The notes under the pieces were generated by a model. It saw only the letters and a program-made list of their open reading frames with translations. It made no database searches and had not been told where the DNA came from. A stretch of 64,000 nt of DNA, taken from the NCBI RefSeq assembly GCF_964204645.1, contig NC_134027.1, positions 20,484,560 to 20,548,559 on the forward strand. The letters are read 5' to 3'. The DNA comes from Tubulanus polymorphus. Its lineage: Eukaryota > Animalia > Nemertea. The first letter of the stretch is position 1. Each line of letters starts with the position of its first letter. The position numbers and the translations under genes are program-made. Shown piece after piece: positions 37,394-51,021 of the stretch.

Positions 37394-40300
37394 CAGACCT
37401 TCAATGTAGACGCATTAGTACCATCGGATTAGCTAGCCATAGAACCTCCTGCTAATGGCCCCCTCATCGTCGCTCTCTTTACCAAGAACTACTTGAACCC
37501 CTTGCAAATTGTTCCGGCCGTTACAAGGCCCTTCCATGAATCAGTGTGGTGTGAACTCGACATTCCCGGCTCTAACAAAAAACTGCTATGTGGATGCTTA
37601 TAACGCAGCCTGGGAGTTCCCCTCAGAACAATCATTAATTGAAGAATTGTCTATCATGTCGTCGCTTAAGCATGATAACTTTCTAGTCGTGGGAGACTTC
37701 AATTTGGGCAATATTAATTGGAGAACGTAATCAGCCCCTGACTCGGATGTATTAGCGTGCGACTTTCTTGACTAGGCCATTACGAACAATATAAAACAGC
37801 ACGTTCAGGAACTGACATGCTTCAGAGGTTCAAACATCCCTAGCCTCCTAGACCTCGGTCTCACAAAAATCGAACCCTAAATAATCTCAACAGATAAAAA
37901 ACCACCCCTTGGCAAAAGTGACCACTGTGTAATTGTAAATGAACTTTGTTGCTATGACTCGACCAACGAACCCTTGGAACTGTCACAGAAACCTGCTTTC
38001 AGGAAAGGGAACTATGACCAAATCAAGCAAAACCTTCAATCCATACCGAGGGATGACATACCAAACAACAAAGATATACAGGAATCATGGAACGCCTTCG
38101 AGAATATCCTACAGGCCCAAATTGACACCAACATCCCCCTCATTCAACATAAAGTCAATACAGGGAAAAAAGGGAGTAAGTGGTTAACCAAAGAATGTGG
38201 AATCTCAATAAATAAAAAACCAAAAATATAGAAGCGATCTTTACACTCTCGCAAACCAAACGACTTGGCAGATTATACTAGGGCAAGGAACAAGGCAACA
38301 ATTAACTGGAGGAAGGCTAAAAGAAACTTTGAGATGTTGTTAGCAAAGGAAATAAAATCAGATCCCAAATCCTTTTTGAATTACGTGAGGGCTAGGACAT
38401 CAAAACATGACAGTATTGTGAAGCTGGAACAGGGTGATGGAAAACCCTTAGTGTCTACGGAACATGAAAAGGCAATGGTCTTGAATAATACCTTTGCCTT
38501 GGTCTTAAGTGTGGAAAATCTAATAGATATGCCAATACTCGATAGAGACCCAATCACCAATGTGCTCTCTGACGTGATTATCTCCTATGACAGAGTAAAG
38601 AATCTCCTCTCCCACCTGGATGTATCCAAAGCTGCCGGTCCAGACGGACTACACCCGCTCTTCTTGTCAAAGCTAAAGAATGAACTCGCCCCCTATGTCT
38701 TATTTTCCAAAAGTCTATCAGTGAAATGGAATTCCCCACCCAGTGGAAACAGGCGAATGTTTGTCCCATTTTCAAAAAAGGTCAATGCCACGACCTAATT
38801 ACCGTCCAATATCGCTTACTTCAATCGTCAGTAAGCTGCTTGAAAGAATTATAAGAGAATCAATTACGACCCACCTTAACATGAACAAGCTCCTATCTGA
38901 GTCTTAAGCCCGTTTTAGAGAAAAGCGATGGTGCCAAACACAGCAATTGAAGGCAATAGACGATTGGATGGAGCTCATTGATGGCGGAATTTACGTCAAC
39001 GTGGCATATTTCGATTTTTCCAACGCATTTGACCGGGTTCCCCATGAAAGACTTCTATACAAGATTGCATCATACCAAATAAGTGGCAACATCCTTGGCT
39101 GGATAAGATACTTTCTAAGCAACCGCAAACAGAGTGTGATTATCAATGGTTCATCGTCAGACTGGAAAAATTGTCACCAGTGGTGTACCCCAAGGAAGTG
39201 TTCCCGGCCCTACCCTATTTCTAATGTATATCAACGACTTACCTGACAGCTTATGTTCCGACATGCTAATGTTTGCAGACGACTTGAGAGTGTACAGGGG
39301 AATTAAGAATACAAGGACTATGATATATTACAGGATGACATTAGCAAAACGATTACCGTATTTTCCGGCCAATAAGCCGATTTTCTAGCCTCAGATTTTT
39401 ACCCAAAATATCGTGATCGGCTTATTGGGCGGATACGATCTGACATAAAAAATCACTTCCTGATCTATGCCACTCTAATGCTCTCAATGATCGTCAAAAT
39501 CAAGAAAAGTGGTAGATATTTATTTGAGGTCATTATTTACTACCAATTATAATCTATTTTGAACTATTTTATTTTTACTTTGATTGTTCCATCACCGCAC
39601 AGCGGCAATGGTATACATTTATATAACGCGCGAGTTCATCGTACTACCACGTGTCAGTTCATACATTAGTATATATGCAAATAGCAGTGAGCCGCGTACT
39701 GCGTGTATGGCTGTGTGTATAGTAATCAGCTGAGTGAGTCTATATATAGCACAGTCACTCGGCGATGATAGTATACACAGCACTCTCACACATCGGCGGG
39801 CGCTACTGTCAGCCTCTTAAATCGTCAATTAAGACGAACTAATTGACAAATCAGTGAATTAAAATCTCTGATGAAGGGCCTCGGCTTATTGGGCGAAGCT
39901 TTATGAAATCCATGTATTTTAGGCTAAAAAACTGCCCTCGGCTTATTGGCCGAGTCGGCTTATTGGCCGGAAAATACGGTAAATGGTCAGAGACATGGCT
40001 AATGCCTTTTAACAACTCAAAGTGCAAAACCCTACAGCTTGGAAACAAAAATGCCAAACACCAATATTACTTAACTACTAATTCTGGAAACCTTCCCTTA
40101 TCACAGGCAGCATCCGAGAAGGAACTTGGTATTGTTATAGACGAGAAACTTAATTTTGACAGTCATATCCAAAACTGCGTAAACAAAGCCAGGTCTGTGA
40201 CTGGACTCGTCAAAAGAACCTTTACGTTCTTCAACACCACCATCTTCATGTTCTTGTATAAATCACTAATTCGACTGCACGTTGAATATGCTTCAGTTGT

Positions 40301-40723
40301 ATGGAACCCGGCAACCATTAAAAATATCAAATAACTTCAATCTGTACAAAGAAAGCTACCAAAATGGTCCCGGAACTCAATGACTTTTCGTACAATGAGC
40401 GCCTCAAAGTCCAATCCCTACCCACATTGGAATTTAGGAGATTACGTTACGTAATGATTCAAATGTATAAGCTTATCCATGGCAAAAGTCGAACAAGGAA
40501 ACCAATGTACAAACTCAACGTTAACCGCTATAACACCCGTGGACATCCTTCCAAATTAACAAAGCCTCGCTGCAACAGACTCAACATCAGAATCAGCTCT
40601 TTCACAATTAGATATATTGACGAATGGAACAGGCTGCCTGCATGTATTGTTCTTTCACCTGACGGTGCCTGTTTCAAAAATGAACGTAGTTGGTTCTGGG
40701 AAAAACCATCCCCTTATATATGA
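37270..40723 (+). pseudogene. LINE ORF2 (endonuclease-reverse transcriptase), frameshifted and interrupted by a MITE
   Basis: ORF fragments 37509, 37974, 38265, 38947, 39146, 39903 and 40364 are colinear with CR1-type ORF2. Confidence 0.92.
39356..39979. mobile_element. Tc1/mariner-superfamily (pogo/Tc2-like) MITE, 624 bp
   Basis: perfect TIR ccgtattttccggccaataagccga, TA duplication on both sides, subterminal repeats of cggcttattgg. Confidence 0.92.
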
Positions 40724-40950
40724 GCCATCATATGGAAACTAAAGATTTCGACGAACCGTTATGCGTGTAAATAGTGCCGATCAGTGTAACGGACTGAATC
40801 ATTTTATAACAGGGATGAAAACAGGAGGTATTGAAATCCACGGAAATTTTGAAACATTATGAATTTACCTTTACACTATATAACCTACTGGAAAACATTT
40901 AATAATTCACTGACGATATATTATTCCTAATTGAAAAGCGATCGCCGTAT

Positions 40951-41085
40951 GGAACGCAGTGGCGCTAGCAGTCGGTACTGAGTCATCATTATGATAAGGC
41001 ATGTGAACACAGTGGCGCTAGCAGTCGGTACTGATGCACAATATGTTAAGGCAAGCGAACACAGTGGCGCTAGCATTCGGTACTC
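40951..41085 (+). repeat. minisatellite, 3 units of ~52 bp with conserved core gaac(a/g)cagtggcgctagcagtcggtact
   Basis: direct inspection. Confidence 0.85.
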
Positions 41086-42012
41086 GGGAATTCTTATTTC
41101 AACGCCGGCGCGGTCCATTGCTAATAGAATAACGATTCTCATAGTTTTCATGTTAGATTATTGATTTTTTACACACACAATCTGATCGTACATCGTAGCG
41201 ATGTAAAAATAGAACGCTTTTATGGTTCGGTTTGGTAGGCCTATGTTATCGCTAGCGATGTCTGATTCGGAGAGAATGTCACACCACCCCCCCCCCCACC
41301 CCATTTCTCAACGGATTTGCACAGATCTCAAGAATGATAAAAATGGGCCCTTGTCCGCGGATCCGCGGAAGATTTTCATCCCTGTTTATAATATCGCGTG
41401 TGTAATGTACATTAACCTGTAAACATATTTTTCTATTATTATGCGCAGTCTCACAATAAATGATAAAAGTACGGATCTTGTACGAACATTTTGTGCTTTC
41501 GTGATCCAAGATAAAAGTTGGAGATTAAAGTTGGAGACATGCAGTGAGCAATGACCTGGCATCACCAGGGGTTAATCACCCGAACTAACTGGTGATGACT
41601 AGTGCTCTACAATGCTTATCAACGAGCTGAGCGCACTGTATGCATCGAAAAGGTTAAGGCGTTGTGAGACTCTGCCACATTCCTCCCTGTCGGGTATTTG
41701 AAGCTGTTTATACCACGTCCCTCCCATAACGACAATTGAACCTGATTACACCTTGTGACTGCCACGTTCTTGGGCCTCAACGGAATTAGAATGGGAAGGT
41801 TTGTCACTTATACATAAAGGACCCTGCCATACGTCATCCTCTCTCTTATAAAATAAGAAAATTTGTCTGTTAATGGTATCAGTATTTCTTACTTGTGCAA
41901 ATAATCTAGGTCCCACTCTTTCTGAAAAACAGAGTATGCTAGTTTTACTATTTTACTTACATGCATCAATTAAGAAATTGAGAAGTTAACTTTTCATCAT
42001 TGGGAATTTCAG

Positions 42013-42175
42013 ATTGGTTTCACGTTGTTCATTTGGTTGAATCTACGACAGAACATGCAAGATAAACATAATAAACACGAATTAGCCGTACAACAGGCGG
42101 GTGTACCGTTATTAACAGTCGTCTCCGATGATCCACCTCCTGCCGGTGGGACAAAACGCTTCAGACGTAGTTTAA
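42013..42175 (+). CDS. PIEZO: Piezo exon (IGFTLFIWLNLRQ...KRFRRSL), 163 nt, phase 0-1
   Basis: aatttcag acceptor, A|gtaagt donor; F.L..WL.LRQ motif (TM12). Confidence 0.92.
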
Positions 42176-44008
42176 GTAAGTCTCGATACTTCATCCTGTA
42201 TTGACAATAACGATAATTCTTAATCCTTCTTTTAAATTGGATTAACTTAGATCCAAATTAAACCAGGCGGACATGCGTACTTGAAATGTTTTTTTGAATT
42301 TAACGGTCAGAAGTCCAAATTTTTAAAATGGAAAATAAAATTCCCTGAGGCCTTTCATGTATGTGTGTTATTTTCTGATTTCCTGTGCCTTAAACTGGCA
42401 AATGTACGTCTTGTTACATAAATTAGCATGACTGTAGTGATGAATCAGAGGACCTTAGTAAGTTTAGAAGCGGTTAGAATGCATTGCAAAAGAAATTTCT
42501 GTGGAAGGGCCCCAGCTTGGAAACCTTTCTGTGGTAGGACCAATGTTTGCCACTTTCCGGTGCCCCTGTTCATGGGCAGGTCTTTTTGGAAATGCTGAAA
42601 GGTTGAATATTGGAACTAAGTTAATCTGCAATCGTTTGATAGAAATATTCAAGTAGAATAACTTAAAGCGAGAATCGTGTGTGAAATGAGTCGCGTTTGG
42701 CTTTATGTGTTTATAATGAAAAACTAATGCCTTGATGCGGTATTCTCCATTCTCTGCTGGCATTTGAGAGAAGTGGTATTTGGTAGGGGTGGTATATATC
42801 CCAAGGGCACCAGTGGTAATTTTTTGGTAAACTTGCAACACACTAGGGACTATATCTGGACGATTTGCTTCGGAAGCAAAAATATCTGCTACCACATCTT
42901 TTGGTGAGATGTGCGACAACTGGCAGTTTTTGTCGGTGGACAGATAGTCGCCGTTGACAGTTCACCCAATATCTAGCATACTTGGGGATGCAAATTGCCA
43001 TCAGTCGCCAAGTATGCCTAGGTTGCTTCTAATCCCATAATGAATAGTCAATTAGCGCTGTGATAAAAATCACGGCAGTTCAGAAAAACGATCTCAAATA
43101 AACGATTAGAATACTCTAGAGGCGCAACTCTCAAAAAACCTTCTAGTGTGTGGGCAACAGATGGTGATTGTAGTTGATTAAAAAGCTGCCGTTGGTAAAA
43201 AATCTTTTTGTTAATGAATAAAAAGTGTGCTATGGGCTTATTACGGGGTATGGCTGGACCCCCAAAAAATTTGCTTATAACTTATGGAACGATCAGCCAA
43301 CTCCTGTTCCCATCAACCCATTAATTTTTAATTTGAGGCAAAATTTAAGACAAAGGATTATTTTATTTTTGGTGCATAGAACATATTGATTCATGTTGAA
43401 GGGCAGCAAAAAATGACATAGAACTTACTGGGGACGGGTGGAAATGTGAAATGATACCTGTGGGCCAGCTCGTTAGAAATTCTTAGGGAGAATACTGCAC
43501 CTTGATTGCCTTCTTTTAACAGTCATTTTGTGCCAAGAATGAAAATTAAGAGTTATTGAATTTTTGTCAAAATTGTTTCCATTGAGAAAATGTTGTCGAA
43601 CCAACCCGGTGTATGTAATAGTGAGATATTTAGACTCCTTGAGATCCCCTCCCCCTGGTTAAGCTCGCCGTTCAGAATATTATGTTATCTTTCTCACCTT
43701 TGATGTACCAGGGTGTAAGGCTGCAGACATGAATCCATTTTCATAGTTCTGAGTTCAATTTGAAGAAAATCATTGCAAAGGGCTGATTTTAATGATGAAT
43801 GTACTATAGCCAAGGATTTCTCAAAACTGTGGACCTGGGTCTTTGTTCCTCAGACTTAAGTCATGACTCTGGAGTCAGATCCCAGTCCTTTTTATGTGTA
43901 AATTCCAGTGTCGAAGAAAGTACAGAGGAATTTTTAAGCTATTGTTGAGCATTGTATACTAATCATGTCAATATATTTACCTCGCATGTCATATGTCATA
44001 TTTACCAG

Positions 44009-44053
44009 GTGAAGAAACAAGATCAGTTGATAATCCTAAACTTGTAAAAATAG
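44009..44053 (+). CDS. PIEZO: Piezo short exon (SEETRSVDNPKLVKIG), 45 nt, phase 1-1
   Basis: tttaccag acceptor, AG|gtaaa donor; supplies the amphipathic L..IG preceding KYW. Confidence 0.8.
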
Positions 44054-44577
44054 GTAAAAAACTGTACGGTACATTTATCGATCTCTGACCACCACAAAAT
44101 CAATACAGCGGGCTTTTTCCTTCTTTACTGCATCTTACTGTCATATATGAAATATCTAATATGATAATGATTATAACAAACTTAAAACCCACAGCGAAGG
44201 CCTAGCGCACACTGCATGAAATAAACATGAAACATGATACAGAAACAAAATCGGTGTACGTTGCTCCATACAAGAGACCTTTCGGCGGAATACAGTTTAT
44301 GGTCACATGTGAAAAGTATCAGCTATAGCAGATGAACTACGGACTAAATTACGAAAGGCATTGACTCAAAATCTGTATTTTGTTTCGATATTTTTCTTGT
44401 TGTGTGCGCAATGCTTAAAGTGAATTTACTAATGTACGATAACTTACAGTTAAATGCATCCCTGAAACCTCAACACAAGTCAATTCATGATTCCTCAAGA
44501 GATTGATTTTGGCGTTTTACGCGGAACCAATTAAGCAATAGAGGAAAAGCAATTTTTTATATATTTTATCTGATTTA

Positions 44578-45157
44578 GGCCAAAAAAGATGCCTTGTTTC
44601 TCATCATACTTTCGTTTTTCACCATGACGAGGGCGGATGGTTTTTATTTTTATGTACTTCTCTAAAAAAAGGTAGAAATAAAAAGAACTGTTTGAATTCG
44701 TTTTGGAGATGCGGGAGGTGTCTTTTATTTTTATTACAACAATAAAAATATCCCTCTGACATATTCTCTTCAGATCCAGGAGGTAGTTTTTTAATTTTTA
44801 GCACCCGATTTGCATGAAAAATGAAAGAGAAATCGCTTCGAAATGAGAATCACGCCAGAAATCAAACCTACGGTAACCGACTCCGACCTTGATATGGGTC
44901 ACCAGTGGTGCCGATGATATTTAAACGATCAACTTTTCTCGATATGTTCATAGAGAAATAAAATGATAAAAAAATGACAATATGCTCATTATATCAATGC
45001 GGGCGGGCGGATTTTAGTTTTTTTAAATAAAAAACACATTTATTTTCGAGCTATGATGCAGGAGGGCGGACTTTATTTTTATCGCTAATTTGCCGATGAT
45101 TTTTCCGATGCGGGCGGGATTTCAAAATCATGAGAAACAAGGCATCTTTTTTTGGCC
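44578..45157. mobile_element. PIF/Harbinger-like MITE
   Basis: TIR ggccaaaaaagatgccttgtttctcat, TTA duplication, internal gggcgg repeats. Confidence 0.88.
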
Positions 45158-47093
45158 TTAAATTGATTTTCTAAGAATTGCGTCTTTAATTCATGAGATT
45201 TAATATACATTTATAGTAAATTCACTTTAATATTGCTGTAAGATACACCATTCTTTCTAACATATGAACAATGAATATTTCACCCTTCTTTGGTTCCATG
45301 TTTTATGTGGGGCTGGTTAAAATCATCATAATGTTTGGTTAATCACATGTGGTTGGTGTTTGATATTTAGGAAAATCACTATCAGTACTTGAAATAATTT
45401 TTGGGGTGAATGCATTTCTGGGGTCGATTTATAACGTATTGCCCTGGGGAAGGGTTTCAATTGACGATCACTTGATTTGTTTATTGAATGGTTTAGAAAC
45501 AATCAATTTTTCTTGATTTGATTTTGTTTAAGTCACTGATGCATGGATTATTGTCATTTTCATGGTCCATCCCTTCCTTAGGGTATAAATTTTTGTAAAT
45601 TTTACCCAAAATTTCATAGACATACAATGACTGGGGCTGGTTTATAGACTATGTATCAAACCAGTTATTTCTTTTGGCACAAATCTGACACAGTTTGAGT
45701 CTAGAGTTTAAATTTGACTGCAAATGTTTCGAAATTGACTAAGTTCTGGCTAACTGGGCCTAATTGTAAGTTCCTAACAGTATGTCTATGGTCCCTCATC
45801 AATCTCTCATCCCTTGTAGTGCCCTGCACTAATTGTCAATTGTAACTTTTAGTTAATACATTTTTTTACCTGAAATCATACTGTAGAAAACTGCAGTGAC
45901 TTTCGCTAAGCAAAAGCTTATGCCATAACTGTCAGTACTATGGGGTAAATTTCTCAGTGGGGCTGAAATATGCAAGTATTTCCACATGTACCACTTTTGG
46001 ACTTAAAGTCGCAATCACATGAGCATTTTTGACGGGTAAAATTTGGCCTGTGCCCTGAGCGCAGATTCTCTAATCAAGCATGGGCCAAATTTGACTCAGG
46101 GACTGATCTGGGCCATTTGACCTGAGTTAAATCATGTGTGTGGCTGAGGTCACTGGGCCTAGCAGACTTGTAATGCCATCTTGCTCACACTAACAAGGTT
46201 TGTCTACCAAGTAAACCTGACATATAACTCAATAATGTAAATCGTTGAAAAAAAAACATAAAAACCACATTTTTTCGAACAGATTCTAATGCATTGATGG
46301 TCACATTATATTTTTGTTTCTATCAAAATTTGCATGAGAAAATCTTCGGGCATGAATTGCATAAATGTATTTGTTCATCATCTATAAGATGTCAGTATAA
46401 CATTATTTTTGTAACAGGTTTGATGTCAGTTGATTTGTCTTTGGTAAATTGCATGAATTCGTTGTGGTGTGTTGATTGCTGTCACGGTCACCATTCTCTC
46501 TTGTACGCACTAAAACCCTACTCCATTCCTGAATTTAAATGTCCATGTAAAAGTCCATTCTCTCTTGGCAGGTATTTGAACTTAAGGGCTTCAAGATTCT
46601 TTCATGGCATGAAGCCCTACCTGATGACCCTGAGTGCGCATTTTGGCAATGATGTCACTATAAGCCAATCAGAAATAATGTTTTTGTTAGCCTGGGCTGT
46701 TCTATTAATAGTTATCCATGAATTTACCTCGGCAATTATACAAAGAGCAATCTGATTGGCACCACACTATTTCATGCGGCTTAGGTATTATAAGCACAAT
46801 AGGGCTAATCAAGCAGACTCAGTCTTGATGCCATCCCGTTCAAATCTCAGCTGAGGGAGGATGATGGATTCAATCTTGCTCGGTTTTAGACTAGTTTTAA
46901 CTTTAACCCAATTGATAGGCAATGGCATGCACCCGATGACTAACAGTCAGTTTTATGTAGTCAAAATCAGTTAATTTTCAATCAACAGGAATTTCAAATC
47001 TAACTTTAAATCAACGTTAAGAAATATTGATCATTGCTTATTGAAAATGAGAACACGCTTATAATGCTATTATTTTTCTCATTTTTACAACAG

Positions 47094-47233
47094 GAGCGAT
47101 TGGTTGGGAAATGTTAACTAAATATTGGATATTTGTTTGCGTCGCAATGTTTTTGATGATGTCACTTCAAGATGTTGTCGCTTACCGAATCATTTATATG
47201 GGATTCTTCCTGTATTTCTGCATCACTTTCCAG
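47094..47233 (+). CDS. PIEZO: Piezo exon (GAIGWEMLTKYWIFVCVAMF...YRIIYM...FQ), 140 nt, phase 1-0
   Basis: tttttacaacag acceptor, CAG|gtttgt donor; KYWI.VC and Y.I.YM motifs. Confidence 0.95.
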
Positions 47234-48152
47234 GTTTGTATGATGTAGATTTTTGATGGGCGCTCTATGGAGATGAAATTCCTCTACCATGTTCAATCTC
47301 AGTGGCTGGTTAATATAGACCAATTCTAACCTTAACCCCATGGGTTTTTTCAACTACTCGCCATTAATCTAGACCATAAAATTAACCCCTTGGATCAAAT
47401 TAAAACCCATCAATGAAACTGGCCCCAGGGGTATTTGTTGTGATCTAGTCATGTTTTTAGTCAAATTGAATAGTTTCCTAAACTTGTTCACAGTTAGTAT
47501 CAATATGTTTTTTGTTCAAATCGAGTTCATAGATGGTTTAAATCATAGTTACATACAATGCATCACCCCTTTACTTGTCTTCAAAATCAATAATAGGGTA
47601 AGGTCCTGCTTTGGTTTTCACACATATCTTATTGGGCTAGGTCAAGATGTAAGACAAACACATACATAGAAAATCCTATGATAAATCCAATCAAAAAGAT
47701 GAAATTTTCTGTTAGATTTGAATATATTTTTCAGCAGCATTTCGACAATTATCCAATAGCCATTATCAGGCTTACTGAAGCTGTTGCTGAGAAATATATT
47801 CACATCTTACAGAATATTTTGTCTTTTCCATTGGATTTATAGTAGGATTTTCAACATTTTTGCAATACCATTTCAATTTGGCTAACTCTGAGAATACCAA
47901 ATCATGAAATTCAACGACATCTAAGGGTGATTTGGTATACTTACACTTGTACTTGGTTTTCATGTCTTCTAGAAATGAGTCCATTGTAGAAACTTGGCTT
48001 CAGGTTCTTTTTTCGATCCACTCGATAATTCCCCAAAAAGCTAAAAAACGATATGCGATGAGATCTATGAAATAAGGAAAGGGGCAAGGCTAGAAAGTTC
48101 ATCAAAATTTAATCTGTTACCTTAGATTTGTAACTCTTATTCTGAATTTTAG

Positions 48153-48298
48153 GTGTACTATCGTTGGTGGCGCTTTCAGTTATTAGTTTTCTGGTGGTTA
48201 GTGATCATATTCTCGATGATCGTTCTGTGTATGATATACACATACCAGTTTACCGACTTCCAGAATTACTGGCACAATACAGGCATGTCTAATGAATC
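48153..48298 (+). CDS. PIEZO: Piezo exon (VYYRWWRFQLLVFWWLVI...YTYQFTDFQNYW), 146 nt, phase 0-2
   Basis: aattttag acceptor, TC|gtaagt donor; FWW and YTYQF motifs. Confidence 0.96.
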
Positions 48299-48714
48299 GT
48301 AAGTCATATTTTGAATTTCTTGGTCTTTTAGATGATTTGAGAGAACTCAGCAAATTCAATTGTTATGTACTTTTCATATTAGCCAACTTAATTGAGCCAA
48401 CTTAATTCATCTATTCTCCGATCTCGCCCTGCACTTCATTGGTTGGGCTGAGGTGACAAATGTGACTAAATGGAATATGATTTACGGTTGAAAATGAACT
48501 AGTTCAATCTCTTGATTTAAGGCTATTGCACACAAGCCAAAAATTGCATCATAAGCGAAGCGTGCTGCATCTAATTCGGCTTGTATGTGGGTGTTTTTTT
48601 CAGCGTATTTTCCTGTTCGCCGAATATCTATCATGTTTGATAATTTTTGCATCACTTTGCGCATCGCAAAATGTGTACATGATAGGCCTATTCTCTTTTG
48701 TGTGGGCTGCTTAA

Positions 48715-48996
48715 CCCTTTCAGTACTGACTAATTAATACCCTAAAGTGCTGGAGATGATTTGAAAATTTTGAAAAATTCCACCCTAGTGTGTTGGATAA
48801 CGGGATTACCACTATAGTGCATCTACACCGCAGGGCGGTGTATCGTTAGTTACTAATATTTCACTATTTTTGACAGGTGCTGCCATCTTTCAATAGAGAT
48901 AAAAACTAATTACATCAATACACCGTAGTGCAGTGTACTAGGGAAAATCAATCACTGATTTATACACCGCACTGTGGTGTAGGTGCACTGAAAGGG
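48715..48996. mobile_element. piggyBac-like MITE
   Basis: TTAA-ccctttcagt...actgaaaggg-TTAA. Confidence 0.88.
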
Positions 48997-49034
48997 TTAA
49001 TGGCGGATAACAGAAATCAGTATTTGTTTTGTAG

Positions 49035-49187
49035 AATTCGTGATATCGGATTAGAAAAGTACGACACCGGTGCCTTATTCCAGAAACTACTCGCTCCAAC
49101 CGCTTTTATAATCATTGTTATTTTACAAGTCAACTATTTCCATCAGTCGTTCATGAAAATCAGCTCGCTGAAATACCGACCGGGAGG
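49035..49187 (+). CDS. PIEZO: Piezo exon (IRDIGLEKYDTGALFQKLLAPT...LQVNYFH), 153 nt, phase 2-2
   Basis: ttgttttgtag acceptor, GG|gtaagt donor; DIGLE and LQ..YFH motifs. Confidence 0.96.
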
Positions 49188-49751
49188 GTAAGTCAATTTT
49201 GCAGGACAAGGTCCAAATTTAAATGTTTAGATTAAGGGAGCAAATTTCAATAGTTGTGTCCATTAGAAAAACTCTAATTCGTCCTTAACCCCCCCCCCCG
49301 CCCCACCCTGCAATTAGACACATGCCAAAGTTGGAACTGTTGATATTCTAAGAAGAGACCGCAGATAAAGATAAGACATTCTCACAAGTGTATTTTGATC
49401 ACAACTTTTAATTGAAGATAGAATAGAAAAATTACATGTGAAAAACCAATTAAACTCTAATGGACTCAATAAGCAAATACGTAGGTCTGATAGGCCTAGT
49501 AGGTCTCCAAAAATTTCTCGTAAGAGTGCATGGTTTCTCGAACAAACAAGCCTAAAATTGCGTTCAAAATTGATTGAAAACTTAGGACTTTGTTATTTAC
49601 AAATACATTTTGTTGTGGAAAATCGAGTGTTAGTCATGCTATCTGGTGGTGTGGTGGTACTTCATTGTCCAATAAATGATAAAGCCTGCAGCTGGCAATG
49701 GACAATAAGCCTGGTAATTGTACTCAAAGTATTTTGTTTTATGATTGCTAG

Positions 49752-49837
49752 TGAGAATTCTGATGGAAATGGGGAAGGATTGGAAGGAAGGGACCGCACG
49801 TCTAGTGCCCTTACGGAATCTACAAGAGCTGATACAA
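49752..49837 (+). CDS. PIEZO: Piezo loop exon (ENSDGNGEGLEGRDRTSSALTESTRADT), 86 nt, phase 2-1
   Basis: ttgctag acceptor, A|gtaagt donor; needed to convert phase 2 to phase 1 between flanking conserved exons. Confidence 0.85.
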
Positions 49838-50976
49838 GTAAGTTGATCATCCATTTCCCTGGAATATGGGGTTCTAGATATCATTCTGGACCAATATTTC
49901 ACAAAAACGTGTGACTATTAAAATGATTTGATTTCCATCAATTCAGTTTACGTAAATCGATTAAGGAATTAGTCCTTTTTGTACTGAAACCAGGCCTCTG
50001 GGCCTATCCATTTATTCAGTTAATCCTTTCAACTGTGGCTGATATCTATATGATGTCAATCATGGCTGATAAAACTGTTTAAGGAGTAGCCATATTGAGT
50101 TTGACTGGATGTCGGACTGAACGTAAGTGCCAGTTGACTTTGGTCAGACAAGGAACATGTCTCTAAGGAGTTTTAGAAATTATGAAGGTTAATTGATTTC
50201 ATTAATGTTTTTAGAAAATTGTTAACTTTTATTTCAGTAACGGTAAACACCAACTTATTTGTACCAAACAATAGGAGCTCTGGGTCAGATTTTAACTCAC
50301 AACTGTGGAAGTGGAACCTTGAGCCAGCTCCACAGTTGACAGTTAACTCTGACTCAATCAAGTTTTGTGTCAACTCATTTGCACTAATTCAATCCAAGTA
50401 CAATAATTCTTAAACTAAGAATCCGAATGTTGTATAGTTTTGAGCTTATAGTTTAGCTGATCGAAATACCTATATACAGTAAATCCTACTTACCGTTAAT
50501 CTGGATCAGTTTGATCGAATGAACATTATTTATCGTCTACCTATACATATATGTATGTATAATGTGATGTTTTATGCAGATTTCTCTTGAATGGATTAAT
50601 TTCATTGGTCTTATGCAGCCTGGACAACCCCTTCTGACATCCTATACATCACCACTATTCTGTCAGTTATTCATCCTCTTCTGCTTGTGTTTGGTACCTC
50701 ACCTGGGATATTCTTTATTGAAAATGAACTTCAAACAACTGACATTTAACATTTTATTAACACACACACACAAACACCACTTTAAAAAAAAAAGATCATT
50801 AAGACTTCAGATTTTACATGTATGGTGTATGTCTGATGGCTGAAAGGAGGTGGTGATTCAGGCTGCATATTTATACCAACATCAAATGATCCGGATTTAA
50901 GCAGGCTTTAGTGTGCATTATTTGAACACTTTTGAATTGATCACTGCAATTTGTGTTTGAATGGTTTTAATTTCAG

Positions 50977-51021
50977 CGATAAGTTGGAAATCTTCATTAA
51001 GCAGTCTCGTTCGCATGAGGG
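50977..51021 (+). CDS. PIEZO: candidate Piezo cassette exon TISWKSSLSSLVRMRG, 45 nt, phase 1-1
   Basis: ttttaatttcag acceptor, G|gtaaaa donor, open, multiple of 3. Confidence 0.5.

Larger units (their letters stand above)
33860..40850 (+). mobile_element. decayed near full-length CR1/L2-type LINE retrotransposon in a Piezo intron (boundaries approximate)
   Basis: PHD-finger ORF1, APE endonuclease motifs (NPDIIG, VGDFN, SDH), RT motifs ([38 protein letters not shown]), C-terminal TRGH; many stops and frameshifts. Confidence 0.93.

Noticed and set aside
40951-41085. CRISPR-like pattern: three ~29-bp repeats separated by ~23-bp spacers
   Set aside because: Spacers resemble each other (tatg.taaggca), there are only three units, the context is a eukaryotic intron and no cas genes are present; it is a minisatellite
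50619-50693. 75-nt phase 1-1 open segment (TWTTPSDILYITTILSVIHPLLLVFG)
   Set aside because: Weak splice sites, and a hydrophobic insert in a cytoplasmic loop is implausible; could be chance
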